In this document: one piece after another, positions 1 through 10,036 of the stretch | Layout of the letters: every line of letters starts with the position of its first letter | How positions within the stretch are numbered: the stretch's first letter is position 1 | NCBI GenBank assembly: GCA_047602425.1 | Contig: JASGHG010000001.1 | Coordinates: 2,752,001 to 2,816,000, forward strand | DNA from: Nibricoccus sp. | Lineage (GTDB): Bacteria > Verrucomicrobiota > Verrucomicrobiia > Opitutales > Opitutaceae | Length of the DNA stretch: 64,000 nucleotides | Direction of reading: 5' to 3' | Made by a program: the position numbers and the translations under genes | Notes under the pieces: generated by a model | The model's database searches: none | Told to the model about the DNA's origin: nothing | What the model saw: only the letters and a program-made list of their open reading frames with translations

Positions 1-332
1 AAGTGCGGCATCTGGGCGTAGAGCGGGCGCAGGCCGAAGCAGTGAATAGCGTCTCGGCTCCGGTGGCCGAGCAGATGGCCTTGGGCGCATCCCGGCTTTT
101 TGGGACGGATTTGGGTCTGGCCACGACGGGTTACGCGGAACCGGACCCCGGGCGGAATGTGCGCGAACCTTTTGCGTTTTGGGCCTTGGCGCATGTTCGG
201 CCCGGCAAGGAAACCTTAGTGTTTAGCGGGCGAATCGAGTGCGTCGGGGCCAGCCGTACCGAGGCCCAGCAATGGGTGGCCGATGCGGCGCTGGGCGAAT
301 TGGTGGGATATCTGGCCAAACTGCGGGCGTAA
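1..332 (+). CDS. cinA: CinA/PncC family protein, C-terminal part (5' end outside window)
   Basis: VSAPVAEQMALGA...GLATTGYAEP matches the CinA C-terminal motif. Confidence 0.85.
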   Translation, partial: VRHLGVERAQAEAVNSVSAPVAEQMALGASRLFGTDLGLATTGYAEPDPGRNVREPFAFWALAHVRPGKETLVFSGRIECVGASRTEAQQWVADAALGELVGYLAKLRA

Positions 333-345
333 CCGGTTTTTTTTA

Positions 346-714
346 TTACAATCCTCGCGCTTCCACTTCGTCCTCGTCCCAACCGAGATAGTGACCAAGT
401 TCGTGCAAGTAGGTGAGTTTAACCTCCTCATCATAACGGGATGGTTCGCCTTCGGCCTCGTCGTAAATGTTTTCGAGAAAGAGGAAAATCTGCGCGGGAA
501 CCGCGTTGCCTGTTCCGCTTTCGAACCCCCGGGGTTCGCCCACGAAAAGCCCCATGATGTCATCTTCGAATTCGCCACCCAAAATCTCTGCACTCGGCCA
601 GTCGTGGTAGCTGACGGGTAGTTTTTGCGCGAGGGCGTGGAGCTCCGGCGGCAGCTTTTTCTGCGTGCGGGCAACGACTTGCTGGGCGCGGGCAATGAGT
701 TGCGAATCTGTCAT
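346..714 (-). CDS. Zincin-like minimal metallopeptidase (DUF1025-like)
   Basis: IMGLFVG...QIFLFLENI...TYLHELGHYLGWDE with HExxH; start taken at ATG 714. Confidence 0.8.
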   Translation of the reverse strand: MTDSQLIARAQQVVARTQKKLPPELHALAQKLPVSYHDWPSAEILGGEFEDDIMGLFVGEPRGFESGTGNAVPAQIFLFLENIYDEAEGEPSRYDEEVKLTYLHELGHYLGWDEDEVEARGL

Positions 715-719
715 CGGCC

Positions 720-747
720 TGAAACATTTCCCACCTATCCGGCGTCT
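720..747 (+). promoter_or_regulatory. Candidate ECF-sigma promoter TGAAAC-N17-CGTCT
   Basis: Ends 37 nt upstream of the Spy/CpxP-like ATG; identical boxes and spacing recur at 29444-29471 (-). Confidence 0.55.
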
Positions 748-784
748 GTGCAAGTGTTCACAAAAACATCAAATTCATCACACT

Positions 785-1237
785 ATGAAAAGCATGCTCA
801 AATTACCCCTGGTAGCCGTCGCCTTCGCGCTCGCCGTTCCGTTCTCGTTCGCCCAAGAAAAAGACGCTCCGCCGCCACCTCCTCCGGGCGAACACGGCCC
901 CAAAGACGGCCCTGGCCGTGGTGGTCCGCGTGGGGACCGTTTTAAGATGCTGGTTGAGAAGCTGGGTCTGACCGAGGATCAGCAGGCCAAGATCAAGCCA
1001 ATCCTCGCCGAGGAAATGCAGGCCATCAAGACGGTGCGCGATGACGCTTCTTTAGAGCGTGAAGCCAAATGGACGAAGATTCGTGAAATCATCCAGGCTC
1101 ACAATGAGAAGATCAAACCGATCCTCACGCCTGAACAGCTCAAGAAGCTTGAGGAAATGAAAGACGATTTTCGTGGTCGCGGTCCGGGCGGTCCCGGCGG
1201 CCCTCGCAAGGAAAAGGGCGACAAGCCCAAGGAGTAA
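785..1237 (+). CDS. Secreted Spy/CpxP-like (LTxxQ) protein
   Basis: Signal peptide, LGLTEDQ and ILTPEQ motifs, Pro/Gly-rich ends. Confidence 0.75.
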   Translation: MKSMLKLPLVAVAFALAVPFSFAQEKDAPPPPPPGEHGPKDGPGRGGPRGDRFKMLVEKLGLTEDQQAKIKPILAEEMQAIKTVRDDASLEREAKWTKIREIIQAHNEKIKPILTPEQLKKLEEMKDDFRGRGPGGPGGPRKEKGDKPKE

Positions 1238-1272
1238 TCTCAGTCGCATCTCCCGCGCGTTTCAGTTTTTTC

Positions 1273-1306
1273 GACGCCGGTCCGTTTGGGCCGGCGTTTT
1301 CTTTTT
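1273..1306 (+). terminator. Intrinsic terminator
   Basis: GACGCCGGTCC-GTTT-GGGCCGGCGTT hairpin followed by a T-rich tract. Confidence 0.7.
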
Positions 1307-1342
1307 GGACACGAGCGGGCACGCCGCGCACCATGGCGGCCC

Positions 1343-2584
1343 ATGAGCAAACTTCGCATTATTGTCGCAGGTGGCGGCGCCGCCGGCTTTTTTGCCGCCA
1401 TCGCGGCGGCCGAGGCGAATCCGGCGGCGGAGGTGCTCCTCTACGAACTGACGGCTAACCTCCTCGCGAAGGTGCGCGTTTCGGGCGGCGGCCGCTGCAA
1501 CGTCACGCATTCCTGCTTCGAGCCGTGTGAATTAGTGAAACGTTATCCGCGCGGCGGTCGCGAATTGCTCGGGGCATTTTCCCGCTGGCAACCCCGCGAT
1601 ACGATCGCGTGGTTCGAAACGCGTGGCGTGGAACTGAAAACCGAGGACGACGGGCGGATGTTCCCGGTAACGGATGATTCGGCAACGATCGTGGATTGCC
1701 TGGTGCGCTCGGCCGAAAAAGCCCACGTTAAAATTCGCACGGGTTGTGGCATCACCGAGGTGCAGCCTTTGCCGGAAGGCGGCGGATTTTTGCTCACGCT
1801 CACGGGTGGCGAGACGACTGGCTGCGACCGATTGCTCATCGCCACCGGCGGCGGTAAAATGGCGGGCGGTCTCGGCTTGGCACAGAAACTCGGCCACACC
1901 ATTGAGCCTCCGGTGCCCTCGCTTTTCACATTTCACATCGACGATCCGCGCCTCAAAGATCTGGCCGGGCTCGCGGTCGAAAACGCCGCCGTGTCTGTAT
2001 CGGACTTTAAACTACGCGAAACGGGGCCGGTGCTGATTACGCACTGGGGGCTGAGCGGGCCCGCCATCCTTCGGCTTTCCGCGTGGGGCGCGCGCTCGCT
2101 GCAAGGCGTCGATTATAAATTTCCCCTGTTGGTCAACTGGCTGGCCGGCCGCAACGTGGATCAGGCGCGGGGCGAACTTGTCGCGGCGCGCGCATCAAAC
2201 GCTCGCAAGCAGATCGGTACATGGAATCCGCTTTCGCTGCCGTCGCGGTTATGGGAGCGCTTACTGATGGCGGCAAACGTGCCGGCGACCACCATCTGGA
2301 GCAATTTGTCGAACCAGGCGGCAGGCGCCATTGCGACACAGGCCGCTGCGGGCATTTTCCAGGTAAATGGCAAGAGCATGAACAAGGAGGAGTTCGTGAC
2401 CTGCGGCGGCGTGAAACTGGGGGAAGTTGATTTCAAGACCATGCAGAGCCGCGTGCGGCCGGGCCTGTTTTTCGCCGGCGAGGTGCTCGATATCGACGGG
2501 GTGACGGGTGGTTTTAACTTTCAGGCAGCCTGGACCACCGGCTGGCTGGCCGGAAAGGCGATGGCAGCAGGTTCGTTGTCATGA
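1343..2584 (+). CDS. HI0933/YhiN/BaiN family flavoprotein
   Basis: GGGAAG, KVRVSGGGRCNVT, GRMFP, VTCGGV, GGFNFQAAW motifs. Confidence 0.92.
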   Translation: MSKLRIIVAGGGAAGFFAAIAAAEANPAAEVLLYELTANLLAKVRVSGGGRCNVTHSCFEPCELVKRYPRGGRELLGAFSRWQPRDTIAWFETRGVELKTEDDGRMFPVTDDSATIVDCLVRSAEKAHVKIRTGCGITEVQPLPEGGGFLLTLTGGETTGCDRLLIATGGGKMAGGLGLAQKLGHTIEPPVPSLFTFHIDDPRLKDLAGLAVENAAVSVSDFKLRETGPVLITHWGLSGPAILRLSAWGARSLQGVDYKFPLLVNWLAGRNVDQARGELVAARASNARKQIGTWNPLSLPSRLWERLLMAANVPATTIWSNLSNQAAGAIATQAAAGIFQVNGKSMNKEEFVTCGGVKLGEVDFKTMQSRVRPGLFFAGEVLDIDGVTGGFNFQAAWTTGWLAGKAMAAGSLS

Positions 2585-3525
2585 TGTCCTATTGGGAAAT
2601 TCTTTTGCTCATCCTGCCGGTCTTCGCGTTGATCGCGATTGGTGTGGGCTTGCGCCGGCTTTCGTGGCTCACGACCGAGGCCGATGCCAGCCTGCTCAAG
2701 GTCGTGGTGAACTACCTCTACCCGTGTCTCATCCTGGATAATGTCCTGAACAACGAGGCGCTTCGCAATCCCTCGAATCTTCTCCTGGCGCCGCTTACCG
2801 GTTTTGGCCTGATGTCATTGTGTATTGGAATTGGTTTGGTAGCGGCGCGGACGATCGGACTCAAGAAAGGCGAGGGGCTGCGCACTTTCGCGTTTGCCGT
2901 TGGCATCAACAACTACGGCTACATCCCCATTCCGCTCATGACAGCGCTGTTTGGTGCGGACAGCGTGGGCTTGTTGCTCGTGCACAATGTCGGTTGCGAA
3001 GCCGCCATCTGGACCGTGGGGATTTTTGTGCTAACTGGGTTGTCGTGGCGCGAGGGCTGGAAGAAACTCGTCAATCCACCGGTGATCGCGTTGATCCTCG
3101 CGGTGGCGGGCAATCTACTTCACGTCGGTCCGCATCTGCCCGACGTGGTAACGGTGACCATTCACCAGAGTGCGGTCTGCGCAATTCCTCTCGGGTTGAT
3201 CTTGATCGGAGGCGTGCTGGACGAATTTCTTGGCCAGCCTCGTTCGCTTTTCGATCCGAGTATTTCGATGGCCTCGTGTTTGTTACGGCTGGCCATTTTC
3301 CCCGTGCTTTATCTGCTGATGGCAAGATTTCTGCCCTGCACGCTGGAATTGAAACGCATCATCATCGTTGAAGGTGCGATGCCGTCGGGAATTTTGCTGA
3401 TTGTGATCGCCAAGCATTACGGCGGCCATCCACTGACCGCGGTGCGCGTGGTGATCGGCACGACGGCGGCGGGAATCCTTGTCATACCTTTGTGGATACG
3501 GCTGGGCCTGGCGTGGGTGTTTTGA
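2581..3525 (+). CDS. AEC (auxin efflux carrier) family transporter
   Basis: About 10 TM segments, NYGYIPIP and AMPSG motifs; ATGA overlap with the upstream gene. Confidence 0.85.
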   Translation: MMSYWEILLLILPVFALIAIGVGLRRLSWLTTEADASLLKVVVNYLYPCLILDNVLNNEALRNPSNLLLAPLTGFGLMSLCIGIGLVAARTIGLKKGEGLRTFAFAVGINNYGYIPIPLMTALFGADSVGLLLVHNVGCEAAIWTVGIFVLTGLSWREGWKKLVNPPVIALILAVAGNLLHVGPHLPDVVTVTIHQSAVCAIPLGLILIGGVLDEFLGQPRSLFDPSISMASCLLRLAIFPVLYLLMARFLPCTLELKRIIIVEGAMPSGILLIVIAKHYGGHPLTAVRVVIGTTAAGILVIPLWIRLGLAWVF

Positions 3526-3536
3526 AGGCGGGAAAT

Positions 3537-3567
3537 AAAAAAAGCCGCAGCGTGAGACTGCGGCCTT
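3537..3567 (-). terminator. Intrinsic terminator between convergent genes
   Basis: GCCGCAG-N7-CTGCGGC stem with an A-tract on the + strand (U-tract on -). Confidence 0.7.
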
Positions 3568-3590
3568 GGGAAAAATTTCTCGGACTGCGC

Positions 3591-3965
3591 TCAGGATTCG
3601 TCGAGGCTGAACTTGATCGGGATGACGAGGCTGATCTTGACCGGCGCGCCGTCTTTTTTGGCGGGCGTGAATTTCCAGCCCTTCACCGCGTTAACGGCGG
3701 CTTGTTCGAAGCCAGGATTGCTCGATTTCGAAACGGAGCAGTTGGTGACGATACCGCTTTCGTCGATTTCGACTTTAACGGCGACGACGCCTGAAACGCC
3801 GTCACGGCGCAGGTTCGCCGGATATTCCGGCGGCGGTGTTTTGACCGGCGTCGGGCGGACGTCGAACGCCGCATTTTCGGCTGCCGTGGCGGACAGCGCG
3901 GAAATAGAGCCCAGCACGAAGCTGAGAGACAGAACTTTCAGGACAGAAGACTTAACGTGTTTCAT
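3591..3965 (-). CDS. tonB: Short TonB C-terminal domain protein
   Basis: PEYP...GVSGVVAVKVEIDESG...WKFTPA; N-terminal signal/TM segment. Confidence 0.85.
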   Translation of the reverse strand: MKHVKSSVLKVLSLSFVLGSISALSATAAENAAFDVRPTPVKTPPPEYPANLRRDGVSGVVAVKVEIDESGIVTNCSVSKSSNPGFEQAAVNAVKGWKFTPAKKDGAPVKISLVIPIKFSLDES

Positions 3966-4135
3966 AGATTCGAAGCCGTTTTTGAACGCGGCGGGGAATT
4001 TGTTAGCAGTCATTTTACGCTTGTGGAGGGAAAACAGGCGAACCGGGGAATGAACCCCAGAAAGCGTTGGGAGTTTGCTCGGATTTCCGCTTGCGAAACC
4101 ACCCCAGCGCGTTGCTATGGCGGGCTCTTTTCACG

Positions 4136-6484
<2,349 letters not shown>

Positions 6485-6489
6485 GAACA

Positions 6490-6520
6490 GGCTGATTCTC
6501 TGGTTGGCAGCGAATCAGCC
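6490..6520. terminator. Hairpin between convergent tex and the propeller gene
   Basis: GGCTGATTC...GAATCAGCC inverted repeat; no clear U-tract. Confidence 0.45.
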
Positions 6521-6536
6521 GAGCATCTTCCGATAC

Positions 6537-9026
6537 TTACTTCCGACGCGCAGCTGCTCGCATCGCGATTGCTGCGCTCAAAGCTGCGAAATACCAGAGT
6601 CCGACCGCTCCACCACCACCGCTGTTACCTGGGGCTGGAGATGGCGCGGGCGCGCCCGACGAAGAGCTACTTGAGCTGCTCGAAGAGGAGGATGACGAGG
6701 AACTTGAGCTGCTGCTCGAAGAAGAGCTGGAGGATGACGACGAACTAGAGCTGCCATTGGCCGTCAGGACAGCGACTCCCATTTGAGTGACGCCGCTCGA
6801 CGACGCAGTTGTTCCCGACAGCAGCAAGCGGCCATCGTCCGCAAAAGAAATCCCGTACGCGAACCGGTCCGTCAGATCTGGAACAGAAAAATTAGTATCC
6901 AAGGTGCCATCGGCGTTCAACCGGACGACGCCGCTCACGGAGACGCCATTGTACGAATCGAAGTCGCCGGAAACAACCACGCGTCCGTCGGTTTGAATGG
7001 CGATAGCTTCGATGTCTGGATTGGAGCCACCCAAGGTAAAACCAGTGCCGGTCGCAAATGTTGTATCCAGCGTGCCGTTTGTATTCAGACGAGCAATACC
7101 GTTGCGGGATGTGCTGTTGAACGTCGAGAACGAGCCGCCGGCAAGAATACGACCGTCGCTTTGCACCGCGACGGCGGTTACCGTCCCATCGAATCCGGTG
7201 CCAGGCGAAAAAGAGGTGTCGAGACTTCCATTGGTATTTAGGCGTGCGATGCGGCCCCGTGAAGTGCCATTGAAGGAAGTGAATGAACCGCCGGCCACAA
7301 TTCGGTTGTCCGACGGCTGCAGCGCTATCGCATACACGTAAGAGTTGAACCCTGTTCCGACGTTGAACGCGCTATCGGCCGTTCCGTTGGAGTTGAGTCT
7401 CACAATGTAGTTTTGCGATGCATCGTCGTACGTGGAGAAAAAGCCGCCCACCACAAGGCGTCCATCGGGCTGTTGTACGATTGAAGTAACACCTCCGTTG
7501 AATGCAGTGCCGGGATTGAAACTGGTATCGCGCCCTCCGTCGGCGTTGAAGCGCGCAATTCGATTCAAGGACACACCATTTAGTTGAGTAAAGAAACCGC
7601 CCACCACGATTCGATCGTCGGCTTGCACGACCACCGTATTGACGTCGCTGCCGCTAAAGACGCTGGTGTTGAAGGTGGTGTCCAACGTGCCATTGGCGTT
7701 CAATCTCGTGAAGTAATAACGAACGATATTGTTCACTAAATTGAAGGAGCCGCCTACAATAAACTTTCCATTTGCAAGAGGTACAATGTGGGCGGCGCCC
7801 GCGGTCCGTGAATTGCCGCTTAGCGCGGTGTTCAACGCCCCCATGGAGGTCAAACGGGCGATCCCCGGGGTGGCTGTGCCATTGAAATTTAGGAACGATC
7901 CACCTGCGATAATGCCGCCACCCGATTCGATCATGAGAGCATAGACGTTGCTGTCGAACCCAGGGCTAGGAAGAAACGTCGGATCTACTGTACCATCGTT
8001 TTTCAGGCGAATGATATTGCTCCGGGCGATGCCATTATAACTGGAGAAAAATCCCCCGGCCAAAATCATGCCGTCGGATTGCAGCGCCACGGAAGCGACG
8101 CTGCCATTAAATCCGGAGCCTATGACAAAACTTGTATCCAGCGTGCCATCGGTGTTGACGCGTGCGATGTAGTTTTGCGCGGTTCCGTTGAACTGCCCAA
8201 AAAGTCCCGCCGCGATGATCTTTCCATCGGATTGCAGGGCTACGGAAGAGACAGAGGAATCAAAACCCGTGCCAGGATTGAAGGATGAATCCAAAGATCC
8301 ATCGGAATTCAGGCGGGCAATACCCGTGCGAGAGGCGCCGGTGCTCGGGATAAACAGTCCACCAGCGATAATTTTTCCACCGGATTGCAGTGCCAGTGAA
8401 AACACAGTTCCATTGAATCCGGTCGGCGGAACGAATGTCGTGTCCAAGGCTCCCGTCGATGTTAGCCGGGCAAGACCACGGCGCGTCGTTCCGTTGTATT
8501 GAGTGAAGGTACCACCTGCCAAAACAGATCCATCTGATTGCACGGCGAGAGTGCGCACGCGGCCGTTGAAACCGCCGCTGGTGCTGCGAAACGTCGAATC
8601 AAGCAACCCATTTGGGAGCAGACGCGCAATGCCGCCACGAGCCGAACCATTCACCTGGGTAAAATCACCGGCGATCAAGATATACCCGTCGGATTGAACT
8701 GCTATCGCACGGATGCTGCCATTCGGCGCGAGGCTGGAACTAAACGCCAAGTCCAAGGTGAAGTCGGAATTGAATTTGGCGACATAGCTGCGCGATCTGC
8801 CTGCGATGGTTGTGAAGTCGCCACCAACGATAAAACCGCCGTCCGAGGTTGCGGCGACGGCATTGATGATCGCGTTGCTTTCCAGCGCGGTCGCAAATGT
8901 GGGATCGACCCGATAGGTATCCCCATAAGTGATCGCTGCTTGAGCGAGGGCGGTCCCGAAGAAAATCCCGAGAAAACCGAATTTGAAAAGAAGGGTCACT
9001 ACACCACCAAAAGAAGATGATTTCAT
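6537..9026 (-). CDS. Secreted delta-60 (DUF5122-like) repeat beta-propeller protein with poly-Ser linker and GlyGly-CTERM-like tail
   Basis: About 14 repeats of A.QSDG.I..GG.F...NG..R..IARL...G.LD.TF; 32 Ser; GGGGAVG-TM-RRK C-terminus. Confidence 0.85.
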   Translation of the reverse strand: MKSSSFGGVVTLLFKFGFLGIFFGTALAQAAITYGDTYRVDPTFATALESNAIINAVAATSDGGFIVGGDFTTIAGRSRSYVAKFNSDFTLDLAFSSSLAPNGSIRAIAVQSDGYILIAGDFTQVNGSARGGIARLLPNGLLDSTFRSTSGGFNGRVRTLAVQSDGSVLAGGTFTQYNGTTRRGLARLTSTGALDTTFVPPTGFNGTVFSLALQSGGKIIAGGLFIPSTGASRTGIARLNSDGSLDSSFNPGTGFDSSVSSVALQSDGKIIAAGLFGQFNGTAQNYIARVNTDGTLDTSFVIGSGFNGSVASVALQSDGMILAGGFFSSYNGIARSNIIRLKNDGTVDPTFLPSPGFDSNVYALMIESGGGIIAGGSFLNFNGTATPGIARLTSMGALNTALSGNSRTAGAAHIVPLANGKFIVGGSFNLVNNIVRYYFTRLNANGTLDTTFNTSVFSGSDVNTVVVQADDRIVVGGFFTQLNGVSLNRIARFNADGGRDTSFNPGTAFNGGVTSIVQQPDGRLVVGGFFSTYDDASQNYIVRLNSNGTADSAFNVGTGFNSYVYAIALQPSDNRIVAGGSFTSFNGTSRGRIARLNTNGSLDTSFSPGTGFDGTVTAVAVQSDGRILAGGSFSTFNSTSRNGIARLNTNGTLDTTFATGTGFTLGGSNPDIEAIAIQTDGRVVVSGDFDSYNGVSVSGVVRLNADGTLDTNFSVPDLTDRFAYGISFADDGRLLLSGTTASSSGVTQMGVAVLTANGSSSSSSSSSSSSSSSSSSSSSSSSSSSSSSSSGAPAPSPAPGNSGGGGAVGLWYFAALSAAIAMRAAARRK
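6657..6752 (-). repeat. Poly-serine coding tract (32 Ser)
   Basis: 32 consecutive Ser codons using all six synonymous codons. Confidence 0.9.
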
Positions 9027-9111
9027 GTGAACAAGGATTGGCCTAAAATCGATCTAAGCATCGTCATAACAGCGCTCCTGCACAGGACGACACAAGAAGC
9101 AAATGGTGAAA

Positions 9112-9150
9112 ATGTTATCTAAAACGCCAATCGGGCGTATTAGATAATGT
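9112..9150. promoter_or_regulatory. Long imperfect palindrome in AT-rich intergenic DNA
   Basis: TTATCTAA-A-ACGCC-N5-GGCGT-A-TTAGATAA. Confidence 0.45.
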
Positions 9151-9415
9151 CTTTATAAAAATGCAGCTTTGGGAAGTGCTTTGTTGAATAGTTAGTCAAC
9201 GAGTCGCTGACTTCGCATCGGGAGCGGGATCGCTTCTTATTTTATAGAAATCGGTCCGCCGACGAAATTTCACATGTTTCCTTAGTCAAAGTGACCCATT
9301 AGGTTACTTTGGTGTCTGGAGGGCGGCGGCATAGTTGATGAGCCCGATCTTGAGAAAATTAAAGAAGCCCGAATTTCACCCATTCTTTCGCTGTAAACCC
9401 GGTCATCGATCCTGG

Positions 9416-9907
9416 TTAGTGAGTTTTACTCGGTGGGCCGATTGTTTTGGGCGCAGGCGGAGGTTTGGGCGGACAAATGATGCCCATAAGAAGAACGATT
9501 TCCTCGTCCTTTGCTGGCTCGGTCTGTGGTTTTGCTTCGGTTGTGGTCGATTGTGGAGCGGGGATGGGCTCGGGTTTCTTCGGCGAAGTGCAGCCGGCGG
9601 CGAAGCCGAGCGTGGTGGCCGCCAGCGCACCGACGCCCAATTGGCGGAAAGTGCTTTTTAAACCGGCCATTTTTAGTTCCTCGGCGGTGACGAGTTCGCC
9701 AGAAAGCCGGCGGTAAAATGCGGCGCAGACTTCCTCGGTTCCGAGTTTCGCGAGGACGACTTCGCGTTCGGCGCGCGAAATGAGCGACAGGTTGGGAATG
9801 TTTCGCTGGCAGGTTTCGCAATAACGCGCTTTGGCCGCTCCTTTCATGCTGTCCCACGGGATTGGGCAGACGAAGGACAATTGGGGTGCTTGCTCTTTCA
9901 TCGACAC
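9416..9907 (-). CDS. Hypothetical protein with Cys-rich N-domain, TM/lipobox-like segment and Pro-rich tail
   Basis: CPIPWDSM...YCETC...NLS...VC..FYRR; LGFAAGC. Confidence 0.7.
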   Translation of the reverse strand: MSMKEQAPQLSFVCPIPWDSMKGAAKARYCETCQRNIPNLSLISRAEREVVLAKLGTEEVCAAFYRRLSGELVTAEELKMAGLKSTFRQLGVGALAATTLGFAAGCTSPKKPEPIPAPQSTTTEAKPQTEPAKDEEIVLLMGIICPPKPPPAPKTIGPPSKTH

Positions 9908-10036
9908 GAATGATTTAGCGTATCCTGCTTGATGGTCGAGTTGGAAACCGAAAGTGGCGCGCTGACAGAGGCTCGGGTTCGCAAATCCAGTTGCGCCGGG
10001 GCGATGGGTGGAGATTGTACGCGAGATTCATACCCT

